Of a stretch of 64,000 nt of DNA, positions 1 through 11,770 are shown piece after piece. The DNA lies in the NCBI RefSeq assembly GCF_006345805.1, contig NW_021832226.1:1-64000 (forward strand), in the 5' to 3' direction. Within the stretch, counting starts at the first letter, position 1; each line of letters opens with the position of its first letter. The stretch comes from Octopus sinensis (taxonomy: Eukaryota). The translations under genes and the position numbers were made by a program. Under the pieces are notes generated by a model. It was not told the origin of the DNA, searched no databases, and saw only the letters and a list, made by a program, of their open reading frames with translations.

Positions 1-135
1 AACAGGACCCAATGGGTCTCCTTGTTGAACCCCAGAGGACGAGGAAATATGGTAAGGGCCATGGACGAGGGTGGATGGTTTCGTGTATGAGCTGAGTACA
101 TAGTTGTATATTTCGGGACAAAATTCAAGACAGTT
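1..135 (-). mobile_element. CRE-like non-LTR retrotransposon, RT fragment running off the window edge
   Basis: Minus strand translates ...YHISSSSGVQQGDPLGPV, the GVQQGDPLGP RT motif typical of CRE-clade RLE elements. Confidence 0.7.
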
Positions 136-699
136 CTCCAATATAGAGTCGCGGCGAATGGTGTTAAATGCATTAGAGATGTCCAATTTAACAATAATTG
201 TTTGTATTTTTTAATATACAAATTTTTTCAGTTTATTGTATAGACATAAGGGGTGGTTCAAAATGTATAAATTTATAAATTTTTTTGTTAATTATTTTAT
301 TGTAATAAATAAAGTTCATTGTTTTATACAAATAAAATTAAATAACGTGCTGGTTTTTTATTTTTGTGTGTGCTTATTGGCCAATGATTATATATCATAT
401 TGATACAACATGATTGCAATTAAATTACGAGAATGATGGCCACTAATTTAATAAAATGTGAAAATTCTCTAAGGAAATGATAAATCCCACATTCTGGAGA
501 TATGATAGTTAAGGAATAATCATGCGAGTTTTATTTTATTATAAAGAACACGAATTTTTGTGCACGATCCGAAATGCTGAATAGTTTATTGTCTGATTAA
601 TTATTATTTTAATCATTTATTTATAAATTTTTAACAAAGAAATGCTACTTATGCACATAAGTTTTAAATCTAGGTTTTTGCTTTTAATTTGGAGTGTAT

Positions 700-1330
700 T
701 AACCAAGGAAATAATCGATTATTTATAATGTAAGTTACGACAATTATGACAGAAACAAAAGTTTAATGCAATAAACCAGATATTTTAGTTTACGACAAAA
801 TTAAACAAGAAATAATTTTAATCCAAGTTGGCATCATTTCACAAGATCGCCTCAAACAAGTCGAGATCGAGAAATTTCATAAATATGATTTGCTCGCAAA
901 CGAACTTTCGTTACTTTATGATGCAAAGGTAAAGATTATCCCGGTTGCCTTGACGTGGGATGGCGTTGTTTCGAGATACAGTGAATACTTTCAAATTTGC
1001 CATTCTTAAATTCGCCAATTCTTAGATTCGCCTTTTTTAAAAAAATTCTAGTTTCAATGGAAATTCGCTATTTTTGGTTCCGTCATTTTTTGCGGCGTAT
1101 TTGAGAGTTTTCACTGTACTTCAAAAACTATATGGACAAATTATCCATTGAAAAAGCCACAAGAATTTACATTCAGTCTGTTGTTCTAAAAAGGACTCTA
1201 GAAAGCATGGTAGTTGAACACAGACATGGAGTGAGAGTATCTCCCGAAGAATACACCTCCGCTGCTTACCAGCTTGTAAAAGTGGCATGCTGCCGTGATA
1301 CGCCGCTGAAAGCTACGAGACAAATATAAA
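700..1330 (+). mobile_element. Degenerate R4/NeSL-like (RLE) non-LTR retrotransposon 3' end, interrupted by a MITE
   Basis: Translates (N)KPDILVYDKIKQEIILIQVGIISQDRLKQVEIEKFHKYDLLANEL...IIPVALTWDGVVSRY|FKNYMDKLSIEKATRIYIQSVVLKRTLES, a PD..(D/E)xK restriction-like endonuclease; frame is restored on removing 979-1116 plus one TA. Left boundary approximate. Confidence 0.7.
979..1116. mobile_element. Tc1/mariner-type MITE (138 bp)
   Basis: Imperfect TIRs CAGTGAATACTTTCAAAT / ATTTGAGAGTTTTCACTG; TA target duplication at 977-978 and 1117-1118. Confidence 0.85.
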
Positions 1331-1489
1331 GTTTATCTGACGGGGAGATGGAGAGTTAGGAGGAACTGGTTTCAAACTCTTCTCCTAAAGGGAGGAACGA
1401 GATTTTCAATAATTGGGACTGAGAATCTAAATTAAATAGTCTAGCTTAATAATATATCTAGCCAAAATGGTCAAATACAATAACTAACA

Positions 1490-2190
1490 TACAAATTATC
1501 AATTACTGAGAAATTGATAATACTCACTATGGATTATTCATGCTAAGATTTCTATACTTGCTGCGAACATCAAACTGCTCAATGCAATCTGACATGCTTC
1601 AATTTCTTGATACTCCTCTGAAGTTGGCCGCTGAAAACATATGCTTTGATAAGCTGGATGGACTTATTGCAAATTACCTCTACGCCTTGGCAGAGTCAGA
1701 CTACGTTCGCCACTGGGCATGGCCCTTCTTGCGTTTCTCTCCTTATGCGCTACTCCCTCATCACCCAAATCCTACGTTACTCTCGCGGATTGGAAAAGGA
1801 CCGAGTTTTCTTTGGAGCTTGCAAACTCTGGAAGGAATACGGATTGGCCATTCCATCTAACGCCAATGGGATGATATCTCCAGTAAAAATAAAATTGACG
1901 CAATCAGACCTACATTGGATCAGCACCGCCTCACTTGTTTCGCTGCCGCTACTAGGCCTGAAAGTGATGGTGGCTTAATGCCTTTTTTCCTTCCAGTCTG
2001 GAACTTTTCTCAATACTGATTGTGAGGATTGGTGTAGCAATGCGCTTAAGACTTAATGCATGTAAGGAGGGCCAATGCTGATGTGGTAGTAAAGTCGATA
2101 CCAAAGGATTACACCCCCTTTCATGCAGAAGGAGCGCTGGCCATGCACCCAGACACTCCGCCATCAACGAGATCATTTTGGCTGCGTTAA
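1490..2190 (+). mobile_element. CRE-like retrotransposon remnant (post-RT region and Zn-knuckle)
   Basis: LYLLRTSNCS motif; 2085-2190 (CGSKVDTKGLHPLSCRRSAG...HSAINEII) is near-identical to 54762-54870. Confidence 0.75.
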
Positions 2191-2402
2191 AAGAAAAAAA
2201 TTTATAAATTTTCAATCAAAAAAAATCACTGTCAAACTCACTTTGACGCACGGATTTAAAATCGAGAAAATACGGTACATTATTAAAAAGTAATTTATTC
2301 GATAACCGCAGTGATTTTAAAATAGGGATTTTAATGTTAAATTCTATTGTATTTAGCGGCGGTTTTTTAATTTTATGTATGCGGTAACATAACAAAAAAA
2401 CG

Positions 2403-3125
2403 ATGATTGCTAGAGAGAGGCTGTTTAGTGTATTTGTACAATTAAATTCATTAATTTTTTTGGTTTTTATCCGGTAATAAACTCGCTAGGCAATTTCAGG
2501 ATTGCTCTATACTTTGTCTATCAGGTTGGACTTATTGAACACAATTTCTGCAAAGGAGATAAATTCAGAGTTTTATTTGCATTTTTCGTGTCTACCGCAC
2601 TTTCATCTGCCGCAGTGGCTATCCACGGACTTCATATACTCGGAACCAACAGAGTACATCATAAAGTCATCGTAAATAATAAAAATGTATTTTATTTATA
2701 TAGTTGGGAGTTTTTTCTATTCTATTTATTGCTGGATTGATATTCGCTTCGTATAAAATGAGTGGTAAAAGGTAAGCACATAGTAACTAATTTAGAATTC
2801 AAATTATCAAAGGAAATCAAACCCAGTTCACCAAGAGTTGTATCATAGCAATGTATTTTAAAACAAATGTATAAATAATAATGATAAAATAATAGTTGAG
2901 ATGTGATTTTTCGAATGTTCGGTTCAGAATTGCTCATATAAAAATTGGTATACTTTGTATTTCTATATATAGAATGTGTCATGTGCTAATTATATTAAAT
3001 TGGATAAAAAATATTCCATATCGATAACGACGGTCATTGCAGTTATTATGTTATTAGGAGTAATACTTCTTCCATTTACAGGAAAGGATGAGACTAAATA
3101 TTATAACTCTAATCTCATTTATTAA
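2403..3125 (+). CDS. Putative small four-TM membrane protein (tetraspanin-like topology), spliced
   Basis: Manual splicing gives hydrophobic segments LFSVFVQLNSLIFL/AISGLLYTL, VLFAFFVSTALSSAAVAI, ILGVFSILFIAGLIFASY, a Cys-containing loop, and ISITTVIAVIMLLGVILLPF, ending TAA at 3123-3125. Exon boundaries uncertain; no CCG motif seen. Confidence 0.35.
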
Positions 3126-3344
3126 AATAAATACTTGTTTTTGTTGTAATAAGACATGAAAATATATTTTTTTTAATGTTAGAGTTAATGTAAATAATTT
3201 TTGGCTAACAACAATAAATATAAATTCGATTTTAACGAAGGACACGAAAACGCATTCAGAGTTAGATACGAGTTAAACAAAAATGATTTTTTCCATAAAA
3301 CTACGCGGAATGATAACACTAAAAAATAGTTATAGATTAATTAA

Positions 3345-3500
3345 AATATGTCGCTTTGTTTTTTACGTGGTTTGGGGAGAAGAATCGACAAAAGAAGGGA
3401 CGACTCGAGAGAGTACTTTTGGCTTCTTCAACGTCTCGCCTCTGTCTTGCAATCCGCGAGGCTGAGAGGGCGTCATAAACTGCGTAGTCTTGTTCCTTAA
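3345..3500 (+). mobile_element. CRE-like element extreme 3' remnant
   Basis: Homologous to 51590-51735, sharing CTTCTTCAACG, TGCAATCCGCGAGGCTG and AAACTGCGTAGTCTT. Confidence 0.7.
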
Positions 3501-3508
3501 TTTTATTA

Positions 3509-5354
3509 TGTGACATGGTTTGCGCGATACCTATGGTTTGCGCGTTACCTGACGTGACCTTGAAGCTTAACTTAATGTCAATATTGTAATTAATATTAAA
3601 CTTCAAAGAATAATAACTTGTTAATTATTTTTTAAGTCTGGACATTGGCACAATCGAAATTTCGCTCATCGAATTTTTTATCTATTAAATTTAAATGTTT
3701 AAACTACCTCAACGCGATTGTTCGATAAAATACTGATAATTTCTGCAGATGGATAATATGGAGATTCAAACTTATCTAGTCGCAACGAAGGATTTGTTCC
3801 AAAGTCTTTTTTAACTCGAACCTAAACATTAATTTTTATGCATACCTTATCACCAACACTAAATTCATACTTACTATTGTGAACATTCATTTTTCTGTTC
3901 ATCGCTTTGTAATAATTAGAATTAGGATCAATGGGGTTGATTTCGAACTGAAATCTTTTCGGACTTGTAAACGAATAATTACAATCATCTACATATAGAA
4001 ATTCAAATTACATGAATTTTCAATTGGACTCGGACAATTGTTTGCATCATCGACTTGATCAGGACTCAACAAATCATTACTTGAATTATCTAAGGAATAA
4101 TTTTATAATTACAACCATAAAATATTGTATTTATTCCACTTATTCCCCGGTATCTTTCAAAAGGCTCTCATTAGAAGATGAGTGGACAGAAATGTTATAA
4201 CTGTACACTGCATTTTCTAATTTTTCCAGCCACTTTTTATTATCATTGTCGATCATTTTTGCCATTTTTCTTGTAATTGACTGGTTGAAGCGTTCGACAA
4301 TCCCTTGTGAGCGGGGATTGTTTGGCCTTCCGTGAATTCGTTTGATATTGAATTCCTCACATAGATTGGTCATTTCACGATTCTTGAATTCAGTCCCATT
4401 ATCGGACTGAAGAAATTGACACGGACCATTTAAGAAAAATAATGATCTAAGGTTTTCACAAACTTCATTTGAGGACTTAGTGTAGAGCGGCCTCGCAAAT
4501 GCAAATCTATAAAAATTGATAAAAAAACTAACCTGCTATATACGTCAATGACCGTTAAAATCCATTTAAAATTTTTATTTATAGTAGAAAAACTTTTCAG
4601 ATCTATAAGATCTATCTGAAATCTTTCATTTGGGCAAGATGCAAAGACATGGTTATTTATATCTCCAATCTAAGATTTAAAAAAGTTAAAACTTTTAAGG
4701 GTCGCGCAAATTTACAAATTTCACAGTTTCGAATGACTTTTCGAATAATCTCGTTTTTAACTGTGAAATATCGTTGTCGACATTCATATTCAATTTTGTT
4801 AACTCCTCCATGCGAGAAGTCATGCAAACTTTTAGCAACGATCTCCATTTCGGGTTCATTGTCTAGACAAATCACTAGCTTGTGATCTGAATTCGCACAT
4901 TTAAGATACAATCTATACATTTACAATTTGTATGATACCTTTCATTAATTACAGTAAAATTTTCAATTTTCTTAACTAGTCTATATTTTTTTTGCTTTGT
5001 AAGATATTCAGGAAATTTATCCTGTAAAGCATCTTTTAAAATTTGATATTCCAACTATTCTTTACATAACCTTTGTACGAGGACATTGCTGCAAATATAC
5101 TTGCACGCTAGAAATAATTCAAGAAATTTAGGTTTTCCACAAAAAAAAATAATTTCTGATAATTAAATTCCTAAATATAATTTTTTGTCAAAATGAGAGA
5201 GTCTTTAGCTAATTTAGTAAATTATTAAATGATAAGAATGAGTCGCGGTCTAATTAAAAGATTTATAATTTAATCCCATCAATGTCATAATTGTACATTT
5301 CAAGGTCACGTCAGGTATCGCGCAAACCATAGGTATCGCGCAAACCATGTCACA
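3509..5354 (-). mobile_element. Ginger (Gypsy-integrase-related) DNA transposon, full length
   Basis: ~56-bp TIRs with TGT...ACA ends (TGTGACATGGTTTGCGCG...GTGACCTTGAA); 5-bp TSD TATTA at 3504-3508 and 5355-5359; internal integrase gene. Confidence 0.9.
3625..5060 (-). CDS. Ginger transposase: H2C2 Zn finger plus rve DDE integrase, at least 7 mini-introns
   Basis: Spliced translation has HDFSH...CEIC, QIDLID, QSDNGTEF, QGIVERFN. Introns at 4913-4938, 4670-4692, 4507-4532, 4090-4112, 3989-4011, 3822-3845, 3682-3707. One 1-bp deletion near 4165; start codon unresolved. Confidence 0.8.
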
Positions 5355-5656
5355 TATTAACATTAATAAAAAATAAAATGGTATTGTATTAAAATATGAG
5401 AATACGATTTTTGACTAAAAAGTCACGAAATATGAGAATATACTAAGAAAACACAAAGATAAAAATTATAAGTACATAGATTGTGGTCAGCAAAAAACAA
5501 GAAATTGTAGTCTACAAAAAGTCATAAAAATTATTTCCCTTAAAAAGAAATAAATCTAAGGTTGTTTTCTGTCTAAAAAGGATGGAAAAAAGTGAACAAT
5601 AATTAAATGAAATAAGGATAATGCAGCAGTCTAAAATATAAAGGTAAAATGAGAAT

Positions 5657-5727
5657 GCGCCAGTTGTATAACGGTATTATACCTGCCTTCCAAGCAGGCG
5701 ACCCGGGTTCGACTCCCGGCTGGCGCA
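5657..5727 (+). tRNA. tRNA-Gly (TCC)
   Basis: Acceptor stem GCGCCAG/CTGGCGC, anticodon arm CCTGC-CTTCCAA-GCAGG, T arm CCGGG-TTCGACT-CCCGG. Confidence 0.95.
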
Positions 5728-5920
5728 TATTTTCTATATTAGTTGGGAACTATACACTATTATTTTACAATTTTGAAAATTTATTCCTGCGAGCTCAATC
5801 GGCTTTTTAAGTGTGTATCAATAGGAGTTCTTAGGGGTCACCGATTCTTAATTCCCTTTGCGGGTAGTATCTGATTGCCTTCTGCTTGGTATTTAATAAA
5901 AACAATTTGAATGTATAAAT

Positions 5921-7199
5921 ATGAAAAAGTCAGAATGTATAAATATGAATATATTTCTCTTGGAAGAAGAGTTATTATTTGCAAAATCTTTAGTCACGGA
6001 TACTACAGGATTGTCAATATTCAAAATGTTTGAATCTTATTTATTCTTAAATGATATTCTATTTGAACATATTTTATCGTGCGCGACTGATGGCGCAATG
6101 GCTATGGTTGGAAAATATCGTGGTTTTTTAGCTTTTCTAAAACAAAAATCTCCAATGTCCACTTCAATTCATTGTATTTTACATCGGCATCATTTAATTG
6201 CAAAAAAATTATCTGAAGAATTGAATGCATCAATGCAAATTGTTATCAAAGTTATCAATAAAATTAGAAGAAACAGCAAGTACGATCGTATTTTTCGTGA
6301 ATACTGCACTAATCAAAATGAAGATTATGTTAGGTTACTTTTACATACCGAAGTAAGATGGTTATCCAAGAAAAGATTTTTTAAGATTACAAGAAGAATT
6401 TAAATTGTTTAATTCCTGCAAAATTCATAAAAAAATATTTTTTATTTAAATTGGATTTTTAAAAAATTAAATGAAGTTTCATTGGCTTTACAAGGAGATT
6501 ATGTTAATTTAATTGATTGCAAACGAATTATAAATACATTCATTGAAAAAATTCAATTTTACAAATTTAATTTAAGTAATAGAAAATTTGGAAAATTCGA
6601 TTTTTATGACCACACTTTTGATTACAACGATCTGAAAATTTATGAATTTCATTTAGAATCTTTGGAACAAGATTTGAAAAAAAGATTTGAAGATTTATTA
6701 ATTTAAACTTTTCTGATTGGATGATTAATCTTGGTTGCCCATTCATTATGATTCTGATGATGAATGTCAAGAAGAATTAATAGAACTAAAAAACGACGAA
6801 GAACTGAAAATAAAATTAAAAATGAAAACCTGACACAATTCTGGGGAGAAAAATCTATAAAAATGAAATTCCCGAAATTATGGGAAAAAATGATGCCAAT
6901 AATATTATGTTTTCCTACGTCATACTGCGTAGAGAGAGGATTCAGCACTCTGAATAGTATGATCGGAAAAAAAGAAACAAACTAAATATAGAAGAAAGAG
7001 GCGACATTAGAATTACACTTACGAAAAGAAGTACAAATTTTGAAAAACTTGTCAATCTTCATCAACCACAAGGATCTCATTAAAACTCTTATTTTTTAAA
7101 TAAAAATTTTTACTAATGAAATATGGGGGCGATATAAAAATTGGAGGGGCGAAAAAAATTCCAAGGGGGCGATACAAAAATAAAGGTTGAGAACCACTG
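5921..7199 (+). mobile_element. hAT (Buster/Charlie, ZBED5/SCAND3-like) transposon, 5'-truncated and frameshifted
   Basis: CATDGA, HCILHRHHL, LLHTEVRWLS, FPTSYCVERGFS motifs; right TIR GGTTGAGAACCACTG ends at 7199, followed by GTTTATAG (nnnTAnnn); no left TIR found. Confidence 0.85.
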
Positions 7200-9150
7200 G
7201 TTTATAGCATGAAATTTCTACTATTCTAACTATTCGGGTAATTAAAATTTTTTGATAAGTTATTTTTTCAAATTAAATCTTAGTTATGTGTTTAACTAAA
7301 AAAATTTATTGTCTCGATTTTTGGTTAAAGTATGGCTGACGGACAATGAAGTATATATTTTTTTAATTTATTTTTTAATGAAATGAAATCAGAAACTAGT
7401 AGAGATATATCTGAGAGTCATGAAGTATATTAATTTTGATCAAAGTAAATTATTGATTTCAACTTAAACTAATCGGGCTTTCGGCAATTACTCACACCTT
7501 GACTGTTTAATTGTGTAAAATTTATTATTTGTAAAATTTGGTACTATTATTCATTTTTTAGTTTTTTTTAATTATGAATTGATTTAAGGAGCTAAAATTT
7601 TTTTATTTTCTATCTTTGCTGAATTTTAAAGTTTTTGTAGAAACACCCGAACAATTATTAAAGATTTCAATCTTTTTTGTTAATTTATTATTGTAAATTA
7701 TCTCATCGTGATTATTTCCCATATGAAATGGATAAATTCCATATTGATCTGTACTGGCATATTAATCTCAATTTAATTTAATGATTAAAAAAAATTTAAT
7801 AAACATTTATAAATTTATAAATATTCAACAAAAATTAATATTTCATTAAAAATTATTTTTTTTCTTTAAGAATAAAGATTTCGAAATTTGTGATTTCCAA
7901 AAATTGGTTTTAGCATTGGAAAATCACTTTTGAATCTAATTTTTATTGCAAAATAAAATAATCCTTTTCTCTTTTTATTTTCGACTTTGCTTCAGCACAT
8001 AGTTACAATATTAAAGTCTCGTTTTAATAATGAATCGTGCTATTTGATGAATGTTTAAGTCGAAATAAATTGATAAATTAAGAGGAACATTAAGTTGATT
8101 TTTTTTGTTTCTGGATGACTAAAGTGCAAATTATTTTAAAAGTCATTTAGCGTAAATTTTTTATGGATCGAATAAAGCACATTTGTTGTCTGGACATGCT
8201 GCTTTTTTCTCTTTATAACCGATCTGGCACATAATCATTAACACATTTATAGGTTTGGTATAATAACTAAGTTATTAAATTGAGTGTCAAAACTAATTTT
8301 AATTTTATAGGACTTACAAATTATTTTTGTTGCACAAAGAATATTTTTTAAAAAATTAAATGAACATGTGTTTACTTTAATTGCCCTGTCATTATACATT
8401 TTTTAAAAGGAAGTACCGGTTTAAAAAATTATCGATTGAGATTGCTATTTTTAAAAAGAAGTTGAGAGAATTTCCCCCATTAAATCCTCTTAATTTTCAA
8501 TATTTTACTAATTATTTATTCTGAAATAATGAAAATATTATTCTTATTCTTCTGAAAAGTCCATATGGCAGTTATTCTCTAATTTCCTTGATTAATTGTG
8601 TTTTTAATTCTAAAATCGAAATGAACAATTACTTTATTCAAAGGATTATTTTTTGTTAATCTTTAAATTATTCAATTGTTTTTAACTACCAAATCATCAA
8701 AGTTAAAGCTAATCAACTATTAATATTAAATTTTAATCTTTTTGAAAACTGTCTACTACAATTTTAAAAAAACGGAATCATCAGAAATGACAATATCTGT
8801 CATAAAATTAAACATTTGCTGAATAAAATTTATTTGATTAAAATTTTTTGCCAACTGAGCGTATATTTATTGTCTTTTAAGTGTCGGTCTATGCAGACAC
8901 ATTTTAATTTTAACAAAGGCGAGTGCGTGAACGTTAAATAATATAGATCCCATTCTTCGTTAAAAACACAAATTATGAACTACATTCCAATTATTTCCGA
9001 ATCGCTTCTATTCCGAAAGCAATTCAAAATAGTTACAGTGATTTGAAATTCTGCCAAAATATTCCAAAATTATGTAATATGCGAACAGAATTCAAGTTCT
9101 TATATTTATTTTAAAATATTTGTAGTAATTCCAATGAAACAAAAGGCATA

Positions 9151-10537
9151 ATGAATTCTGAACATTATCTTAATGAAGGGTCTCCATTCATGGTAATGCT
9201 TAAATTATATAGTGTCAAAAACAATATCAGTTCATTTAAATATTGATAAAATGAATTAATTAGTGTATTAATTAAATGAGAAAAGTATCACGTCACGCAC
9301 CTGCATTGAAATTGTAGTTTAATGCATAGAATAACGCAGGTGCTTTGGGCTGAGAGTTACTTGAGAATTTTTTTATTAAAAAAACTGAATTAATTGTGTT
9401 TAGATAAATGGAATCGACCAGCTACCAGCCCGTAATATTAACATCTCTCCAAATGACTCTGCTCAATATTATCAAAATTCTTATCCGCTTTATTACCCAG
9501 TTTTTGTATATTTTTAAAGTGACAGCTTTCCTATGATCAAACTCGACAATATGGTCAAGCTACTATGGAAACTCCCGAAATACCCTCCACGTAAAAATAC
9601 TTGTGATAATGGTAGAACATGTTATTCTGGGATTTATGAATTTGAAGTCTCGTTTTCACAGCCCGAAAAGGAAACAAAGTCTACAAATTGGACGGTAAAA
9701 ACATTAGATTTCTGATTTGAATAGTATTCGAAATTAAATCATAAAGTCTATGTTCGTCCATTTTGCCAATGTCCTGTGAGATTTCGCTGCATTTCATCCA
9801 TACCAACTGGATTTGTTATTCGGAGTATGGCAGTGTATATGAAACCCGAACACGTCAAAGAAATTGTAACAAGATGCCCAAACCACGCTTCTTCAGATCA
9901 CAGTATTGATCATATTTATTTAAAAATTATAGGTCACATAGCCCCTTCGCATTTAGTCCGATGTAGTGATAGAAATGCATTTTAATCTGATGATAATAAA
10001 AGAGAAAGTGTTATTGTCCCTTTCTCAACTCCTCAACGTATTATTTAAATATGACCTTATAGCGGGCTGCGAGTGGCTAACTTTTTTATATCAGTTTATG
10101 TGCTATGGTTCATGCACAGGTGGACTCAATCGCAGACCAATACAATTAGTCTTTACTTTAGAAAACGAGTATTTAAAGTTTTAAAATATATTTAAAGGTC
10201 TTTTGTTGTGGTTGGAAGAAAGGTGGTTGAAGTAAGAATATGTGCATGTCCCGGTAGAGATCGGAGATCTGATGAAAAAACATCTAATTCTTCTGATAAT
10301 AAAAAAAGAAAGAAAAATATACATCCATCTTCTAAAATACCTCGAAATTCTCCAAATTTGGATAAAAATGGCCAATTTATTTTAAACGTAGTTCCCGATT
10401 GATGATTATTTCAGGTACAAGGAGAAAGTAATTTTCAACTACTGAAGACTATCCGCAACTATCTTTACTTTATTTCCAATTCTAATATCAATGATGATCA
10501 AAGTTACATAGAGGAAGGGAAAAGTCCTTTAGAGTAA
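9151..10537 (+). pseudogene. TP53: p53/p63/p73-family gene, copy A, with in-frame TAA in the DNA-binding domain
   Basis: Spliced DBD ([50 protein letters not shown]) plus tetramerisation-like segment; TAA at 9983-9985 where copy B has TAC. 5' exon (9151-9192) is inferred. Confidence 0.75.
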
Positions 10538-11237
10538 TTCTTGTTTTTTAATTTAGTTGAGCGAGAAAGGCGTTGTAAAAGTATTTGGTTTCGTTAAAAT
10601 GCATGAATTGAATTTTTTTAATATTAAAATTAAAAAATCTTATTAGTTTTTTAAAAATTTTGTAATCTATAACAACAGACATTCATCTTTAATAGATTGG
10701 AAATTTTAATTTATTTTTTTGTCCAAAGTGTCAATAAAATAATATTTGATTGATTTATTAATTTTTTCCAAACTCAATTAAATGATGAGAAATTTCATTA
10801 AGCCGGTTATGATTCTAATTTGCTCTCAATAAAACTTGTCTGGAAATAAATATCTCATCATTATACTGAAACAATAACTATTAACCTAGTTATGTTAGTA
10901 ATATAAAGAAAATAAATTGTCCTTAACTAGTTTGTTTAAAAAATTTAGAATTTCAAAAGTAAATATTACAAATCCAATTTTTTGTCAGGCACTGCAGTTT
11001 GTTTTTAAAATTTGTAAAAATGCACGTTGTTTCTAATTTTGATCGTTGGACTTTTTTTCAGGACAAAATGACTTTCAAATATTCAATGAAGAATTTAAGA
11101 CGATGAGGCCGATTAGCTTTGAAAAATTTCTTTGCAGATTTTGGAAGTCCGTAACATATAAACATAAGTTATTAGAATGTTGTATGGTTCATTTAGAAAT
11201 GATAATTTTTAAACATTATAACAAGTTCTTACAAATT

Positions 11238-11770
11238 TAGGCATCGGCATCTATGCGTTTTGCATAGGTTAAAAGCATCTGGTCGTCTTCGGATATTCCC
11301 ATTGAGATTGCCAAAAGATGCGTCTTTGAGTGAGCCCCAAACCCCACTTGCCTAGGATTTAGTCAATTTTGTCAAAACTCATATATTGAGAATCGATTCT
11401 GCTGACAATTCCAAACTACTCGAAATTTGAGAGGAGACTGGACATAAACCTTCAAAGCCACCGCAGCTAGTCTTTCAAAACGATCTAATTTGCCTCTTGA
11501 TGTTTTCTTCAGTTTCACAGAATAGACGCAATCTTTCGGGAAAATAAAAAGCCAGATGTCATTGAAGGGTTTGCTGAAAAAATTAGTTTCAAGCTCTGTA
11601 AGTGATTCGCCTCCAGTAAGTGAGAGTAAGAAGAAGGTGTCAAAACAATGTCGTGGTATATGGCAGTTAAAATAGGTTCTCCGGATATTTCCTTCAGCAA
11701 CTGTATAGCTGACCTACTTGTGAGTGCGTCCAGAATCACTGGTGACACGGAGGAGAGCGCTTCTATTTTA
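11238..11770 (-). other. Unidentified coding-like segment (also in copy B, ~35680-36210)
   Basis: Long open frame VSYTVAEGNIRRTYFNC...VYVQSPLKFRVVWNCQQNRFSIYE and a terminal ...RQVGFGAHSKTHLLAISMGISEDDQMLLTYAKRIDADA*; family not recognised. Confidence 0.35.
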
